Shown here one piece after another: positions 1-10,334 of a stretch of DNA of 64,000 nt; within the stretch, counting starts at the first letter, position 1; every line of letters begins with the position of its first letter. Below the pieces are notes generated by a model. The model saw only the letters and a program-made list of their open reading frames with translations, was not told where the DNA came from and searched no databases. The translations under genes were made by a program, and so were the position numbers. This DNA is from a bacterium (GTDB lineage: Bacteria; Fidelibacterota; Fidelibacteria; Fidelibacterales; Fidelibacteraceae): the NCBI GenBank assembly GCA_963676395.1, contig OY781066.1, forward strand, positions 1,984,001-2,048,000, written 5' to 3'.

Positions 1-105
1 AAACAGTAAACAGTAAACAGTAAACAGTAAACAGTAAACAGTAAACAGTAAACAGTAAACAGTAAACAGTAAACAGTAAACAGTAAACAGTAAACAGTAA
101 ACAGT
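1..105. repeat. Perfect tandem heptamer repeat (AAACAGT)x15, running off the window start
   Basis: Counted directly; an inverted 9-bp copy ACTGTTTAC lies at 119-127. Confidence 0.97.
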
Positions 106-214
106 AATGAATAGATCAACTGTTTACCTCAGTTCATTACTTAGTGTTTAGCGTTATTTTTTCAAGTTCTAAGCTTTTTTAACATATAAAAACCTTTCAA
201 TTTCACCTTAATTC

Positions 215-1318
215 ATGTTATTTTCCAGCGTGAGCAAGAAAAAGGACATTATTGTTGGAATGAGCGGTGGCGTGGACTCTACCGTTGCGGTGCATCTGCT
301 TCAACAGCAGGGGTACAATGTCCTGGGCGTCACTCTTCGGCTTGCCGATAACTATCTCCATGATAAGAGTAAACAGAACGAAGTGATTGCAAAAGCCAAA
401 GCCGTATGCGATCGTTTTGGAATTGAGCATGTGGTCTCGGATCAAACCCCTGATTTTGATACCTGCGTGGTCAAGTATTTTGCCAACGAGTATTTTAAAG
501 GTTCAACCCCGAATCCTTGCGTTCAATGTAATTTCCATCTCAAGTGGGGAGCCTTACTTAAGATCGCCGATGAACGAGGTATTGATAAAATAGCTACCGG
601 TCATTATGCTAAAGTCGTGGAAGAAGATGGTCGTTATATATTGCTAAAGGGTGAAGATAGGGCGAAAGATCAATCGTATTTCTTATGGCGACTTACTCAG
701 CGGCAACTTTCAAGAACAGTGTTCCCATTAGGAAGGATCACCAAAGAAGAGATCAAAGCCATTGCTCGCGATCTGGAGCTGCCTCAATCCAATCAGGCGG
801 AATCTCAGGATGTTTGCTTTATACCTGATAACGACTATAAGCAATTTCTTGCAAAATATTTTCCCGAAGATCTAAAGAAGATCGGTGAAGGGTATTTTGT
901 GGATATGAACGGGAAAGTTCTGGGTAAGCATGACGGATACTATCGTTTTACCATTGGTCAGCGTAAAGGTTTAGGTATCGCCCTTGGCGAACCGGCCTAT
1001 GTGCGGGCGATTGATCCCCAAACAAATACCGTAACGATCGGTATGGCCATGGATATGGATGACCTGGGATGCACGGTTAAAGATATAAATTGGTTTGATG
1101 GCGAAATGCCGACATCTGCGATTGATGTGCTGGTGAAGATCCGTTATCGTAATGCAGGAGTTATCGCAAGAATGGAACCGCTTGGGAATGGCAATTATCA
1201 TTTAACATTCAGTGAGAGTGTTAAAGCGGTTACGCCGGGTCAATCTGCGGTGTTTTACAAAGATGAACAAGTATTGGGAGGCGGAATTATCGTTCTTCCT
1301 GAAATAGAAAGAAGTTGA
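215..1318 (+). CDS. mnmA: tRNA-specific 2-thiouridylase
   Basis: SGGVDS PP-loop, TPNPCVQCN, ATGHY, KDQSYFL, ESQDVCF, TIGQRKGLG, PGQSAVFY motifs. Confidence 0.96.
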   Translation: MLFSSVSKKKDIIVGMSGGVDSTVAVHLLQQQGYNVLGVTLRLADNYLHDKSKQNEVIAKAKAVCDRFGIEHVVSDQTPDFDTCVVKYFANEYFKGSTPNPCVQCNFHLKWGALLKIADERGIDKIATGHYAKVVEEDGRYILLKGEDRAKDQSYFLWRLTQRQLSRTVFPLGRITKEEIKAIARDLELPQSNQAESQDVCFIPDNDYKQFLAKYFPEDLKKIGEGYFVDMNGKVLGKHDGYYRFTIGQRKGLGIALGEPAYVRAIDPQTNTVTIGMAMDMDDLGCTVKDINWFDGEMPTSAIDVLVKIRYRNAGVIARMEPLGNGNYHLTFSESVKAVTPGQSAVFYKDEQVLGGGIIVLPEIERS

Positions 1319-1319
1319 G

Positions 1320-2114
1320 ATGAAAAAGACAATCAAAAGTCTTATAAAAATGAAACAAAAAGGTGAAAAGATCACCGCACTAACTGCATATGAAGCCTTG
1401 TTTGCAGGTTACTTGGATGAAGTCGGTATTGATTTTATTTTAGTGGGTGATTCAGCCGGTATGGTGTTTGCGGGACATGAGACCACATTACCCATCACCA
1501 TGGATGAAATAATCTACCATACACGCTCGGTACGTCGGGCTGTAAAAGAATCCTTGTTAGTTGCAGATATGCCTTTTATGAGCTATCAGGTCTCCGTAGA
1601 AGATGCCCTTCGCAATGCTGGAAGATTGCTCAAGGAAGGTGGTGCCGAAGCCGTTAAAATGGAAGGCGGTTCCCGAATTTTGGAGCAAGTTAAAGCTTGT
1701 GTAGATGCGGGAATTCCGGTTATGGGGCATTTGGGTATGACACCTCAAAGCGTGAATCAGTTCGGTGGTTTTAAAACACAAGCCAAGAAAGATTATGAGG
1801 CCGAAGAACTCATCAGGGAAGCCTTAGCACTTGAAAAAGCCGGTGTTTTTGCCATTGTTTTGGAAAAAATTCCTGCCGCATTGGCCAAAAAAGTTTCAGA
1901 AGAATTAAAGATTCCTACAATCGGCATTGGTGCCGGTGTGGAAACGGATGGACAAATTTTGGTTACTCAGGATATGCTGGGCATGTACGAAAAATTTAAA
2001 CCGAAATTCGTTCGCCGTTATGCTGAGTTGGCAAGCACTATAAAGCATGCGCTAAAAGGCTACAATGATGATGTAAAGTCCGGAGTATTTCCCAATAAAG
2101 AAGAGAGTTTCTAG
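1320..2114 (+). CDS. panB: 3-methyl-2-oxobutanoate hydroxymethyltransferase
   Basis: LVGDSAGMV, ADMPFMSY, KMEGG, GHLGMTPQ, IGIGAG motifs. Confidence 0.97.
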   Translation: MKKTIKSLIKMKQKGEKITALTAYEALFAGYLDEVGIDFILVGDSAGMVFAGHETTLPITMDEIIYHTRSVRRAVKESLLVADMPFMSYQVSVEDALRNAGRLLKEGGAEAVKMEGGSRILEQVKACVDAGIPVMGHLGMTPQSVNQFGGFKTQAKKDYEAEELIREALALEKAGVFAIVLEKIPAALAKKVSEELKIPTIGIGAGVETDGQILVTQDMLGMYEKFKPKFVRRYAELASTIKHALKGYNDDVKSGVFPNKEESF

Positions 2115-2950
2115 TGGAAAGAATTTCAGATGTAAAATGGATGCAACAGCGTGCTAACGAACTTCGTACTCAGGGTAAGAGCATTGGTTTTGTCCCTACA
2201 ATGGGCTACTTGCATGAAGGACACTTATCGCTGGTTGATGCGGTCCGTAAAGAACATGATGTCGTTGTGATGTCCATTTTTGTTAATCCCACGCAGTTTG
2301 GCCCCAACGAAGATTTTGATTCTTATCCACGTGATATCGAAAGAGATGAGTCTTTAGCTAAAGCTCGTGGTGTAGATATTGTTTTTTACCCTCAGGTAAA
2401 AGATATGTATCCCGGCGATGATCTTACCTGGGTGAATGTTGAAAAAATCACCGGCGTATTATGTGGTGCGTCTCGAGAAGGTCATTTTCGTGGAGTGACC
2501 ACGATTGTGACTAAGCTTATTAATATTGTTAAACCGCATACCATGGTTTTAGGACAAAAAGATGCTCAGCAGGCAGCCGTTCTTACAAAAATGGTGGAAG
2601 ATCTCAATATGGATGTTAAGTTGATTATTGCTCCTATTGTCAGAGAAGCCGATGGCTTGGCTATGAGTTCTCGCAATGTGCGCCTAACACCCGAGAACAG
2701 AAAATATGCTTTAGTGCTTTCACAATCACTATCTTTATTAAGGCAAGAAATGCAAAGCGGCGCGGACTTAAAGCATTCGCTTGAAAAAGCGAAAGAAAAA
2801 ATTAGTAGTACACCCAATGCTGAATTGGAATATCTAGAAGCACGCTCTTATCCTCTTTTGGACTTGGTGGAACAACCAACTGGAAAGACATTGATTGCTG
2901 TCGCTGTAAGGTTTGGAGATGTGCGTTTAATAGATAATATATTGCTGTGA
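2114..2950 (+). CDS. panC: Pantoate--beta-alanine ligase
   Basis: VPTMGYLHEGH, FVNPTQF, GQKDAQQ, GLAMSSRN, RLIDN. Confidence 0.97.
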   Translation: MERISDVKWMQQRANELRTQGKSIGFVPTMGYLHEGHLSLVDAVRKEHDVVVMSIFVNPTQFGPNEDFDSYPRDIERDESLAKARGVDIVFYPQVKDMYPGDDLTWVNVEKITGVLCGASREGHFRGVTTIVTKLINIVKPHTMVLGQKDAQQAAVLTKMVEDLNMDVKLIIAPIVREADGLAMSSRNVRLTPENRKYALVLSQSLSLLRQEMQSGADLKHSLEKAKEKISSTPNAELEYLEARSYPLLDLVEQPTGKTLIAVAVRFGDVRLIDNILL

Positions 2951-2953
2951 GCC

Positions 2954-3002
2954 AACAGTAAATAGAAAATAGCCTACAGCAAACAGCTGATAGCTGACTG
3001 CT
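2954..3002. repeat. Degenerate 7-bp periodic repeat (7 units, consensus about NAYAGCN)
   Basis: aacagta aatagaa aatagcc tacagca aacagct gatagct gactgct. Confidence 0.6.
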
Positions 3003-3089
3003 GAGTTGCCCACTATTGATTATTAAAGTTACTTGAAAAAGATGAAGACATTAGTTATTTTATAAAGATTTAGAATTATTAAGGAAAAA

Positions 3090-3446
3090 ATGAAAAAGAC
3101 ATTTTTACATGCAAAGATACACAGAGCCACCGTAAAGGAGGCCAATCTGAATTATACCGGATCAATTTCTATCCCCTACGACCTGATGCAAGAAGCGGGA
3201 ATTTCGGAATACGAATTGGTTCAGGTTGTTAATATTAACAATGGCGTTCGCTTTGAGACCTATGTAATAAAAGGTGAAGCGGGATCTAAAAATATTTGTT
3301 TGAACGGTGCTGCGGCAAGATTAGCTTTGGTTGATGATAGAGTCATTATTATGGCTTATTGTGAACTTGAACAGCAAGAGATCGAAACGCATAAGCCTAC
3401 CGTCCTTGTTTTAGATGAAGATAACAATATAATTGAAAGAAAGTAG
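3090..3446 (+). CDS. panD: Aspartate 1-decarboxylase (pyruvoyl-dependent)
   Basis: AKIHRATV, YTGSI self-cleavage site, RFETYVI, NGAAARL; follows panBC. Confidence 0.96.
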   Translation: MKKTFLHAKIHRATVKEANLNYTGSISIPYDLMQEAGISEYELVQVVNINNGVRFETYVIKGEAGSKNICLNGAAARLALVDDRVIIMAYCELEQQEIETHKPTVLVLDEDNNIIERK

Positions 3447-3454
3447 GAGACTCC

Positions 3455-4192
3455 ATGTCACAAGCTCTGTCGACAGTCATATTAGCTGCCGGTAAAGGTA
3501 CACGAATGAAATCAGACTTACCCAAGGTTTTGCATAAGGTGTTGGGTGAAACCATGGTCGCTCGAGTCGTTCGTACCGCAGAAGAAGTGGGTAGCACCAA
3601 GAATGTTGTGGTGATTGGCCATAAAAAAGAATTGGTGGAAGAAGAATTAGCAGGCAAGAATGTCGATTTCGCCGTACAAGCAGAACAATTGGGAACGGGC
3701 CACGCCGTGATGATGGCCGAAACTGCACTCAAAGATTTTGATGGCGATGTATTGATCCTGGCCGGCGATGTTCCTCTTTTGAGAACGTCTACATTGAATA
3801 AATTAATGGAAACGCATCGTAGTACTAATGCCGATGCAACTGTGCTTTCTGCAATCTTTGAAGATCCCCATGGTTACGGTCGTATCGTAAGAACTCCTGA
3901 GGGTGACTATTCGCATGGCGTTGAAGAAAAAGACGCAGATGAAGAAATTAAGAAGATCAAAGAGATCAATTCGGGTATTTATGTGTTTAAAGCAGATCTT
4001 CTTTTCCATTATTTGACTTTTATTGGAACAGATAACGCTCAAGGAGAGTATTATTTAACGGATGTCCTCCCGATGATGCGTAAGGATAACAAAAAAGTCG
4101 CACTTCAGGTAGCCGACGATCCCGATGAGATTCAGGGTGTAAATACCGTAGATCAGCTTAAAGAAGTCGAGGAAAAACTAAAGGCAAGATAA
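3455..4192 (+). CDS. Sugar-phosphate nucleotidyltransferase, GlmU N-terminal domain only
   Basis: LAAGKGTRMKS, QLGTGHA, GDVPL, GYGRIVR, EYYLTD, GVN; no hexapeptide acetyltransferase domain. Confidence 0.88.
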   Translation: MSQALSTVILAAGKGTRMKSDLPKVLHKVLGETMVARVVRTAEEVGSTKNVVVIGHKKELVEEELAGKNVDFAVQAEQLGTGHAVMMAETALKDFDGDVLILAGDVPLLRTSTLNKLMETHRSTNADATVLSAIFEDPHGYGRIVRTPEGDYSHGVEEKDADEEIKKIKEINSGIYVFKADLLFHYLTFIGTDNAQGEYYLTDVLPMMRKDNKKVALQVADDPDEIQGVNTVDQLKEVEEKLKAR

Positions 4193-4713
4193 TGAAAGTT
4201 CTAAAAGGACTAATGTTGTTGAGTATGATACTGGTTGCATCCTTAAGTGCCCAGATCATTGATGATATTTCTGAATTTACCAGAACAGGTGTCGGTTACG
4301 ATATGTCCGATGCTAGATCATCGGCGGCATTTTTAGATTGGTCTCAGTTCCAGATGAACCACTCTGTTTCAATGAGTGTGGGGGCTTCGGCTGTAGGATC
4401 ACAATCCTTTTTAACCTATCATAATCAATTTTATATGCCATTGAACTCAAAGTTGTCATTTTATGGTAATCTGTATTGGCAACTTCAGGCATATGCCTCA
4501 AATCCTGCATTACAAAGATTGAATGCACCTGTAGGTGATATATATTTTGACGCAAATTTGGTCTACAAGATCAATGAAAATACAAATTTGAGTATTGGTG
4601 TTGCCAGATATCCGGCTACGTATGGATATTATAATTCCTATGATCCTTTTTATCATGGAGGTTATTCACCTTATTCAATGTTTAATAACTATTATCCGGG
4701 GATAAGGCCATAG
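4192..4713 (+). CDS. Hypothetical secreted protein
   Basis: Signal peptide; start overlaps the upstream stop; Tyr-rich tail. Confidence 0.75.
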   Translation: MKVLKGLMLLSMILVASLSAQIIDDISEFTRTGVGYDMSDARSSAAFLDWSQFQMNHSVSMSVGASAVGSQSFLTYHNQFYMPLNSKLSFYGNLYWQLQAYASNPALQRLNAPVGDIYFDANLVYKINENTNLSIGVARYPATYGYYNSYDPFYHGGYSPYSMFNNYYPGIRP

Positions 4714-4721
4714 ACAGTCAG

Positions 4722-5195
4722 TTGGTAAACAAAATTTTGAATGGCGCGATCATTCTTGCAGCTGTTCTCATCCTATTCTTTGTGTACTCAGCATGGGTAG
4801 ATAAACCACTGCGTGAACATGATTTGGTTGACGTTTTGCCCTCTGAAGGTATTAGTATGGATTCTCGGGCTTTATTGGAGACTCAAACCACGGGTATAGT
4901 TGTACGTATATTGAATGGTAATGGTACCGGTGGTGTTGCTTACAAATTAAGAGAATATCTTCTGACTCAGGGTTTTGATGTAAGTGAAACCACAAATGCT
5001 GACCATTTTAACTATGAAAAGACCATTGTTTATTTACATAGTTCAGATTATTCTATCTCAACAAAGGTATCCAGGGCATTGGGTATAGAGAATAATCCTA
5101 TTATGGATGATAGAGCCCCAAATTATCCGTGTGATATTACTGTACTTATGGGTAAAGATTATAAACAATTACCACCATTTTTAGATGAAAATTAA
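4722..5195 (+). CDS. LytR C-terminal domain membrane protein
   Basis: N-terminal TM helix; VRILNGNGTGGVA...GFDV..TNAD...DITVLMGKDY. Confidence 0.88.
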   Translation: MVNKILNGAIILAAVLILFFVYSAWVDKPLREHDLVDVLPSEGISMDSRALLETQTTGIVVRILNGNGTGGVAYKLREYLLTQGFDVSETTNADHFNYEKTIVYLHSSDYSISTKVSRALGIENNPIMDDRAPNYPCDITVLMGKDYKQLPPFLDEN

Positions 5196-5204
5196 AGGAG
5201 CCGC

Positions 5205-5585
5205 ATGGCCGAAAAACAAGTATTGAATGACAAAGAAATTTCCCACGAATTAGCAAAGATGATCGGCGAATTAGCACTGGAGAAACAAGCGGAAGATATC
5301 GTGGTGATGGATGTCAGTAAGCTTGCCGGGTTTACCGATTATTTTGTTGTTGCAACCGCTACTTCAGAAATACATATGAAAACGCTTGCCGATTATGTTG
5401 AAGATGAATTATCCCAATATAAGGTAAAGGTTTGGCATAAAGAAGGTTACGAAAACAAGAAATGGATCCTTTTGGATTTTGTTGATGTGGTTTTTCACCT
5501 TTTTGATGCAGAAACCCGCGAATATTACGATCTTGAAACATTATGGGCAGATGCCGAAAAGACCATCGTTCGTGATGAAGAATAA
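5205..5585 (+). CDS. rsfS: Ribosome silencing factor
   Basis: KQAEDIVVMD, DYFVVAT, WILLDFVDVVFHLF, REYYDLETLW. Confidence 0.95.
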   Translation: MAEKQVLNDKEISHELAKMIGELALEKQAEDIVVMDVSKLAGFTDYFVVATATSEIHMKTLADYVEDELSQYKVKVWHKEGYENKKWILLDFVDVVFHLFDAETREYYDLETLWADAEKTIVRDEE

Positions 5586-5611
5586 GTCTTAGTTTAAGTA
5601 TCAAGAATGCA

Positions 5612-5637
5612 GGGGCGGACCAATGTGTCCGCCCTTT
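5612..5637 (+). terminator. Hairpin after rsfS (terminator or REP-like)
   Basis: GGGCGGAC-caatgt-GTCCGCCC followed by TTT. Confidence 0.6.
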
Positions 5638-6444
5638 ATTATTGGGTGGAAAAAGGCTAAACTCAATTTGATATTGTCTCCAAGCATCCGTCGTATCTGT
5701 CGGCTGACAGAGTAGGAGGAGGGTTTTGGATCTTATTTGCTTATTAAATTTGCTTCGTAAATATTAGTAAATTTTACGCAATTGAGGTTTGTTGTTTTAC
5801 GCCAAGAATTTAGTATCTTTAATTTTCCTTGGGTATAAACCCAAGGCTATAAAATTAGTATAATAATCTCATAAATCCGAAAAAATAAAATTCTTACATT
5901 TGTTAATTATTATTTTCAATTTCTGTTTTTAAAATAGTTTATCATAAATAATGGGGTGGAAAATTGAGAAGTATTAACGTCTTATTCGTAAGGATATATA
6001 AATCAGTAATAATGAGTTGTATTATATTATCAATTTTATTGAGCAAGGGTTTGTATGCTATTGATATAAATTCATCTCCAATCTCAATATATGGAACTTA
6101 CCATTCTGCAGATCCAATATTATTGTTTAATAATCTAGAATTTAAGGAAGTTACAGTAATGTTTATCATATTGGTTATACACCTGAGGATGGATTAAATT
6201 CGCAATTATCTCCCTCTTATTCATTTAATTTAAAATGGAGATTCTAATTAAAAAAAGTATAGTGAAATATTATTGGACTACTGGCGTAGTCCTTTTTTAT
6301 TGTTGTACTATTTTTCCGGGGAATTAAAGAAAATGAGGTCTTACGTTTTACACTTTTCCTTGTAATTCTCTTTAAATTAGTTAAATTTACATGCTTTGCG
6401 GGGCAGGGAAGGATTGAATTGTCAAAAAAGGAGAATACAACGCT

Positions 6445-7116
6445 ATGAGCGATGACAAAACAACAAAGAAAGCAATGGATGAAACGGTAAATCCGGAGCA
6501 ACCCGCAAACGCACAGAAATCAGAATCCAAAAGCCGGAAGGCAGAAGATAAGGTACAAACTTCTACCAAGACTAGTGCCGATAAGAAAGACAAGAAGAAG
6601 TCTGAGGATAAAAAAGAAAAAAAGAAAGCCATAAAAAAGCCTTCGTTGACTCAAAAAGAGATCGATAAGCTCATTCTTGAGAATGCAGATCTAAAAGCCG
6701 AAAATAAAGAAAATAAAGACAAATTTCTTTTGATAGCGGCGGAATTTGAGAATTTTAAAAAACGCACAAATAAAGATCAACTTCGATCTAGAGAGTTATA
6801 TAAAGAAAGTATGTTAGCCGGATTATTACCGGTGCTAGATGATATTGATCGTGGTCTACAACATCACAAAGGTGATGAAACGGAAGAAGCTTTGAACATG
6901 ACTAAAACGAAACTTTTAGCATATTTGGAAAACTATGAGATCAAAGCTTTCGATTCTGTTGGGCAAGAATTTGATCCCGATAAGCATGATGCTATGCTGA
7001 CAAGAACCGAAGAGGATAAAGACAATAACACTGTCCTCGAAGAATTTGAAAAGGGTTATGTCATTGGTAAAAAAGTACTTCGCCATGCGAAGGTTATTGT
7101 AAATATAATTGAGTAA
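6445..7116 (+). CDS. grpE: Nucleotide exchange factor GrpE with Lys-rich N-terminal extension
   Basis: [40 protein letters not shown]. Confidence 0.95.
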   Translation: MSDDKTTKKAMDETVNPEQPANAQKSESKSRKAEDKVQTSTKTSADKKDKKKSEDKKEKKKAIKKPSLTQKEIDKLILENADLKAENKENKDKFLLIAAEFENFKKRTNKDQLRSRELYKESMLAGLLPVLDDIDRGLQHHKGDETEEALNMTKTKLLAYLENYEIKAFDSVGQEFDPDKHDAMLTRTEEDKDNNTVLEEFEKGYVIGKKVLRHAKVIVNIIE

Positions 7117-8254
7117 AAATATGCCTAGAGATTATTATGAAATATTGGGAGTTGCTAAAAGTGCAAGCGCTGATGAGCTGAAAAAAGCCTATCGTAAGCT
7201 GGCAGTAAAGTATCACCCTGATAAAAATCCGGATAATAAGGAAGCGGAAGAGAAATTCAAAGAAGCTGCAGAAGCATATTCTGCGCTATCTGATCCCGAG
7301 AAAAGACAACGCTACGACCAATTTGGTCATGATGGACTGAAACAAAATGGTTTTGGTGGTGGCGGGGCCGGATTCTCCGGACAAGGAATGTCTATGGATG
7401 ACATTTTCTCGCAATTTGGATCAATTTTCGGTGACGCTTTCGGTGGCGGTGGTGGTTTTTCATCATTTTTTGGTGGGAATACCCAGCGTGGAAACAGCAA
7501 TCGTGGATCAGATCTACGAGTTAACCTTAGAATGACCTTGGAAGAAATCTACAGCGGTGCTCAAAAGCAGATCAAGATAAAACGCTTTGAGACTTGCGAT
7601 GTCTGCCATGGAGAAGGTGGAACAGGTAAACGTACTTGTCCAACCTGTCAGGGACATGGAAAGGTTCGTGAACGAGTGAATTCTTTCTTTGGTCAAATGA
7701 TCTCAGAAAAAGTATGTCCTACCTGCCATGGAAGTGGTACTATCATCGAGAACCCCTGTAATGTATGTCATGGAGATGGACGAGTTAAGCGTGAAGCTAC
7801 AGTTAGTATTGATATTCCCGAAGGTGTTCAAGATGGTAATTACATGACCATGTCCGGTGAAGGAAATGCCGGAAAGCAGGGAGGCGGGCGCGGTGATCTT
7901 ATTGTGATCTTTAAAGAAAAAGACCACAGTATATTTACCCGTTCAGGTAATGATATTGTAGTTTCTTGTGTTGTTAGCTGGCCACAAGCAGTATTGGGGG
8001 ATGAAATCGAGGTTCCAACTCTAAGCGGTAAAGTATCATTTAAGCTTAATGCGGGAACGGAGCACGGAAAGATCTACAGATTACGTGGAAAAGGCTTGCC
8101 GGTATTGCATGGACACAGGCATGGTGACCAACTGATTCAGGTGAAAATAGCTACGCCAAAACAACCCGATAAGGCGGAAAAAAAGCTTATAAAAGAATTA
8201 TATCAATTGTATTCGGGCAAAAAAAATAGTAAAATTGAAAAGTTTATACCCTGA
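7109..8254 (+). CDS. dnaJ: Chaperone DnaJ (start may be ATG at 7121)
   Basis: J domain with HPD, G/F-rich linker, four CxxCxGxG repeats. Confidence 0.97.
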   Translation: MSKNMPRDYYEILGVAKSASADELKKAYRKLAVKYHPDKNPDNKEAEEKFKEAAEAYSALSDPEKRQRYDQFGHDGLKQNGFGGGGAGFSGQGMSMDDIFSQFGSIFGDAFGGGGGFSSFFGGNTQRGNSNRGSDLRVNLRMTLEEIYSGAQKQIKIKRFETCDVCHGEGGTGKRTCPTCQGHGKVRERVNSFFGQMISEKVCPTCHGSGTIIENPCNVCHGDGRVKREATVSIDIPEGVQDGNYMTMSGEGNAGKQGGGRGDLIVIFKEKDHSIFTRSGNDIVVSCVVSWPQAVLGDEIEVPTLSGKVSFKLNAGTEHGKIYRLRGKGLPVLHGHRHGDQLIQVKIATPKQPDKAEKKLIKELYQLYSGKKNSKIEKFIP

Positions 8255-8269
8255 TAAAGGGGGCTTTTT

Positions 8270-8641
8270 ATGTTGACTAAAAAAGAAAAAAATATCGTTC
8301 TTGTCATTGCACTTGTATTGCTTCTTGGAGCAATAGGTTTTATCGTACGTAAAGTAATTAAAAAACAAGTACCTTTGTCGGGTAAAAACGTTAAAATGCA
8401 AGATGAGTTTAAGCGTGAAAATGAAGTTGAAAGTAAGCTCGATCTCGAGACACCTGTAAACATTAATGATGCAAATTTGCTTGAAATTGAAGCATTACCA
8501 TATTTAGGTATTGAAAGAGCAAAAGATATTATTGAATATAGAGAAAAGAATGGCCCTTTTAAATCTTTGGAAGAATTGACCAATATTTCCGGGATCGGGG
8601 CAAAGACATTAGAAAAGTTAAAACCCTTAATTACCATATAG
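8270..8641 (+). CDS. comEA: ComEA-family helix-hairpin-helix DNA-binding protein
   Basis: N-terminal TM; VNINDA...LPYLGIERAKDII.YRE.NGPF..LEEL..ISGIGAKT. Confidence 0.85.
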   Translation: MLTKKEKNIVLVIALVLLLGAIGFIVRKVIKKQVPLSGKNVKMQDEFKRENEVESKLDLETPVNINDANLLEIEALPYLGIERAKDIIEYREKNGPFKSLEELTNISGIGAKTLEKLKPLITI

Positions 8642-8657
8642 CGCATTAGGAGGTATT

Positions 8658-9422
8658 GTGCAAGAGCAACAATATTACAACGAAAAATGGTCATTTGTCA
8701 TTAAATGGATAGCCGTAATTTTATTTGTTATTTTACTGTTGGTGATTTTTATTCCCAGCAATATTTGGAAAAATGAAGATAGCATGAGAAGTCGTTCACA
8801 GTGGAAAATGGAACAACTTTGGGATGCACAACGCATGTATGAAAAATTAACCGGATATTATGATGACGATATGGAAGGTGTACTTTGGTTTGTTTCTGCA
8901 GTTCGTGATTCTATATTAGCTGACAGTGAATATGTTGGAGATCAGGTGATTGTTTATAAAGGTGAAGAAGTAAGTATTGATGTGCCTAAATTCTGGAGCA
9001 CAGAATATGATACTGTATTCTCAAATCCCTATGCTGCAAAAGATACCAATTACATTGGTGTGTTTACAGCTGTTGAATTGAACATGGAAACAGGTTCATG
9101 GGATACGGTTTACCTTGGTGAAAATAAAGATCGTTATAAATATACCGATACACTTTGGGAAGGTATCATTATTGATACAACTGTTGATACAATCATTGAG
9201 AACGTGATTAAATACAAACACTTTAATCTAGTAGATTCACTTTTGGAATGTCCTTTGACCGGTGAGAATTATGAAGTGACCGTAAAAGGAAAAGAAAATG
9301 ATACCGTATTGATTAAAAGTCCTATTCATGGTGGTTATAAAGATAGAAAATTCTTCTTTTTCACTTTTAAAGATACCGGCCATGGCCGCATCATGAATGG
9401 GGAAGCAACTTGGGATAGGTAA
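8658..9422 (+). CDS. Hypothetical membrane-anchored protein with a pilin-like N-terminal helix
   Basis: Hydrophobic helix ending in IP, then an amphipathic helix with AQ..Y....G.Y; GGAGG RBS. Confidence 0.7.
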   Translation: MQEQQYYNEKWSFVIKWIAVILFVILLLVIFIPSNIWKNEDSMRSRSQWKMEQLWDAQRMYEKLTGYYDDDMEGVLWFVSAVRDSILADSEYVGDQVIVYKGEEVSIDVPKFWSTEYDTVFSNPYAAKDTNYIGVFTAVELNMETGSWDTVYLGENKDRYKYTDTLWEGIIIDTTVDTIIENVIKYKHFNLVDSLLECPLTGENYEVTVKGKENDTVLIKSPIHGGYKDRKFFFFTFKDTGHGRIMNGEATWDR

Positions 9423-9425
9423 CTA

Positions 9426-10322
9426 ATGTTAACACTTGCGCTACATCAAGACGAATCTGTATTTGTATATCTCAGCGGAGCGCAAAAAGGCAAAAAGAAA
9501 ATTGAAAAAATAGGTTTATTTTCTCCTGATTTTTCATTTGATAGGCCTTTTCTATCTCAACAGAGTGCAAAAAATATGTTGAGTGAAATGTTGAAAGAGA
9601 TCCTGGAAGTGCTACCCGTAAAACAACAGGATATTTATTTCTCTTTTCCGGGTGAGATAGCCTATGTAAGCGTATATGATAATGTTAAGCAAGACGAAAT
9701 TAAAACCATCGTTGATAAAGATATTTGGTTGTCGGAGCAAAAATTCGGTTCTGAGTTGGTTTCCGCCTCCGATTGCCAGGTAAAGGTTCTTTATAAGGAT
9801 AATGGATTGGCAAGATTAACCCCTATCTATTTTCCTAAAAGGATCCTTGAAATTCTCAATCGTGTATGTCATGAAAACAATTGTCGACTGATAGGTTTGG
9901 GGATTAATATTTTCAATGCAACAGAAGTTGCAAAAAAGTTAACAAGAGAATCAGACTATATCATACTGTCGTATGAAGCGGGTCAATATGAGATGACCGG
10001 TGTGGAAAAGGGTATTATGATATCATATGCTCGTTTTTCAAAGTTGAAGAATAAAGCCTTTTATTACTTGAAGAGCGGAAGTGTACCCGAAGAGCTTTGC
10101 GATGCCGTGATCCGAAGAGATAGCACGGTATTGGATGCATACAGGATCTTTGTAACCGGTACAAGTCATAGTCTTGAGCATATTCAAGATCTATTGCAGG
10201 TCGCTCCCGATATGGTTGTTATGAATCCAATGAGTATTAATGGCGCGTACAACAAACCCACAGTGGAATATGATCGCAGATACAATACGGTGTTCTCTTC
10301 TGCGTTGGGCGCGTTAATATAA
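9426..10322 (+). CDS. Hypothetical cytoplasmic protein, possibly PilM/actin-like
   Basis: FVTG...VVMNP...FSSALGAL C-terminal pattern; operon context. Confidence 0.6.
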   Translation: MLTLALHQDESVFVYLSGAQKGKKKIEKIGLFSPDFSFDRPFLSQQSAKNMLSEMLKEILEVLPVKQQDIYFSFPGEIAYVSVYDNVKQDEIKTIVDKDIWLSEQKFGSELVSASDCQVKVLYKDNGLARLTPIYFPKRILEILNRVCHENNCRLIGLGINIFNATEVAKKLTRESDYIILSYEAGQYEMTGVEKGIMISYARFSKLKNKAFYYLKSGSVPEELCDAVIRRDSTVLDAYRIFVTGTSHSLEHIQDLLQVAPDMVVMNPMSINGAYNKPTVEYDRRYNTVFSSALGALI

Positions 10323-10334
10323 GGAGGCAAGGAC

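Noticed and set aside
1..105. CRISPR array or telomere-like repeat
   Set aside because: 7-bp units without spacers, no cas genes, ordinary chromosomal context
5964..6197. 77-aa ORF
   Set aside because: TTG start, very AT-rich, no recognisable motif; probably spurious
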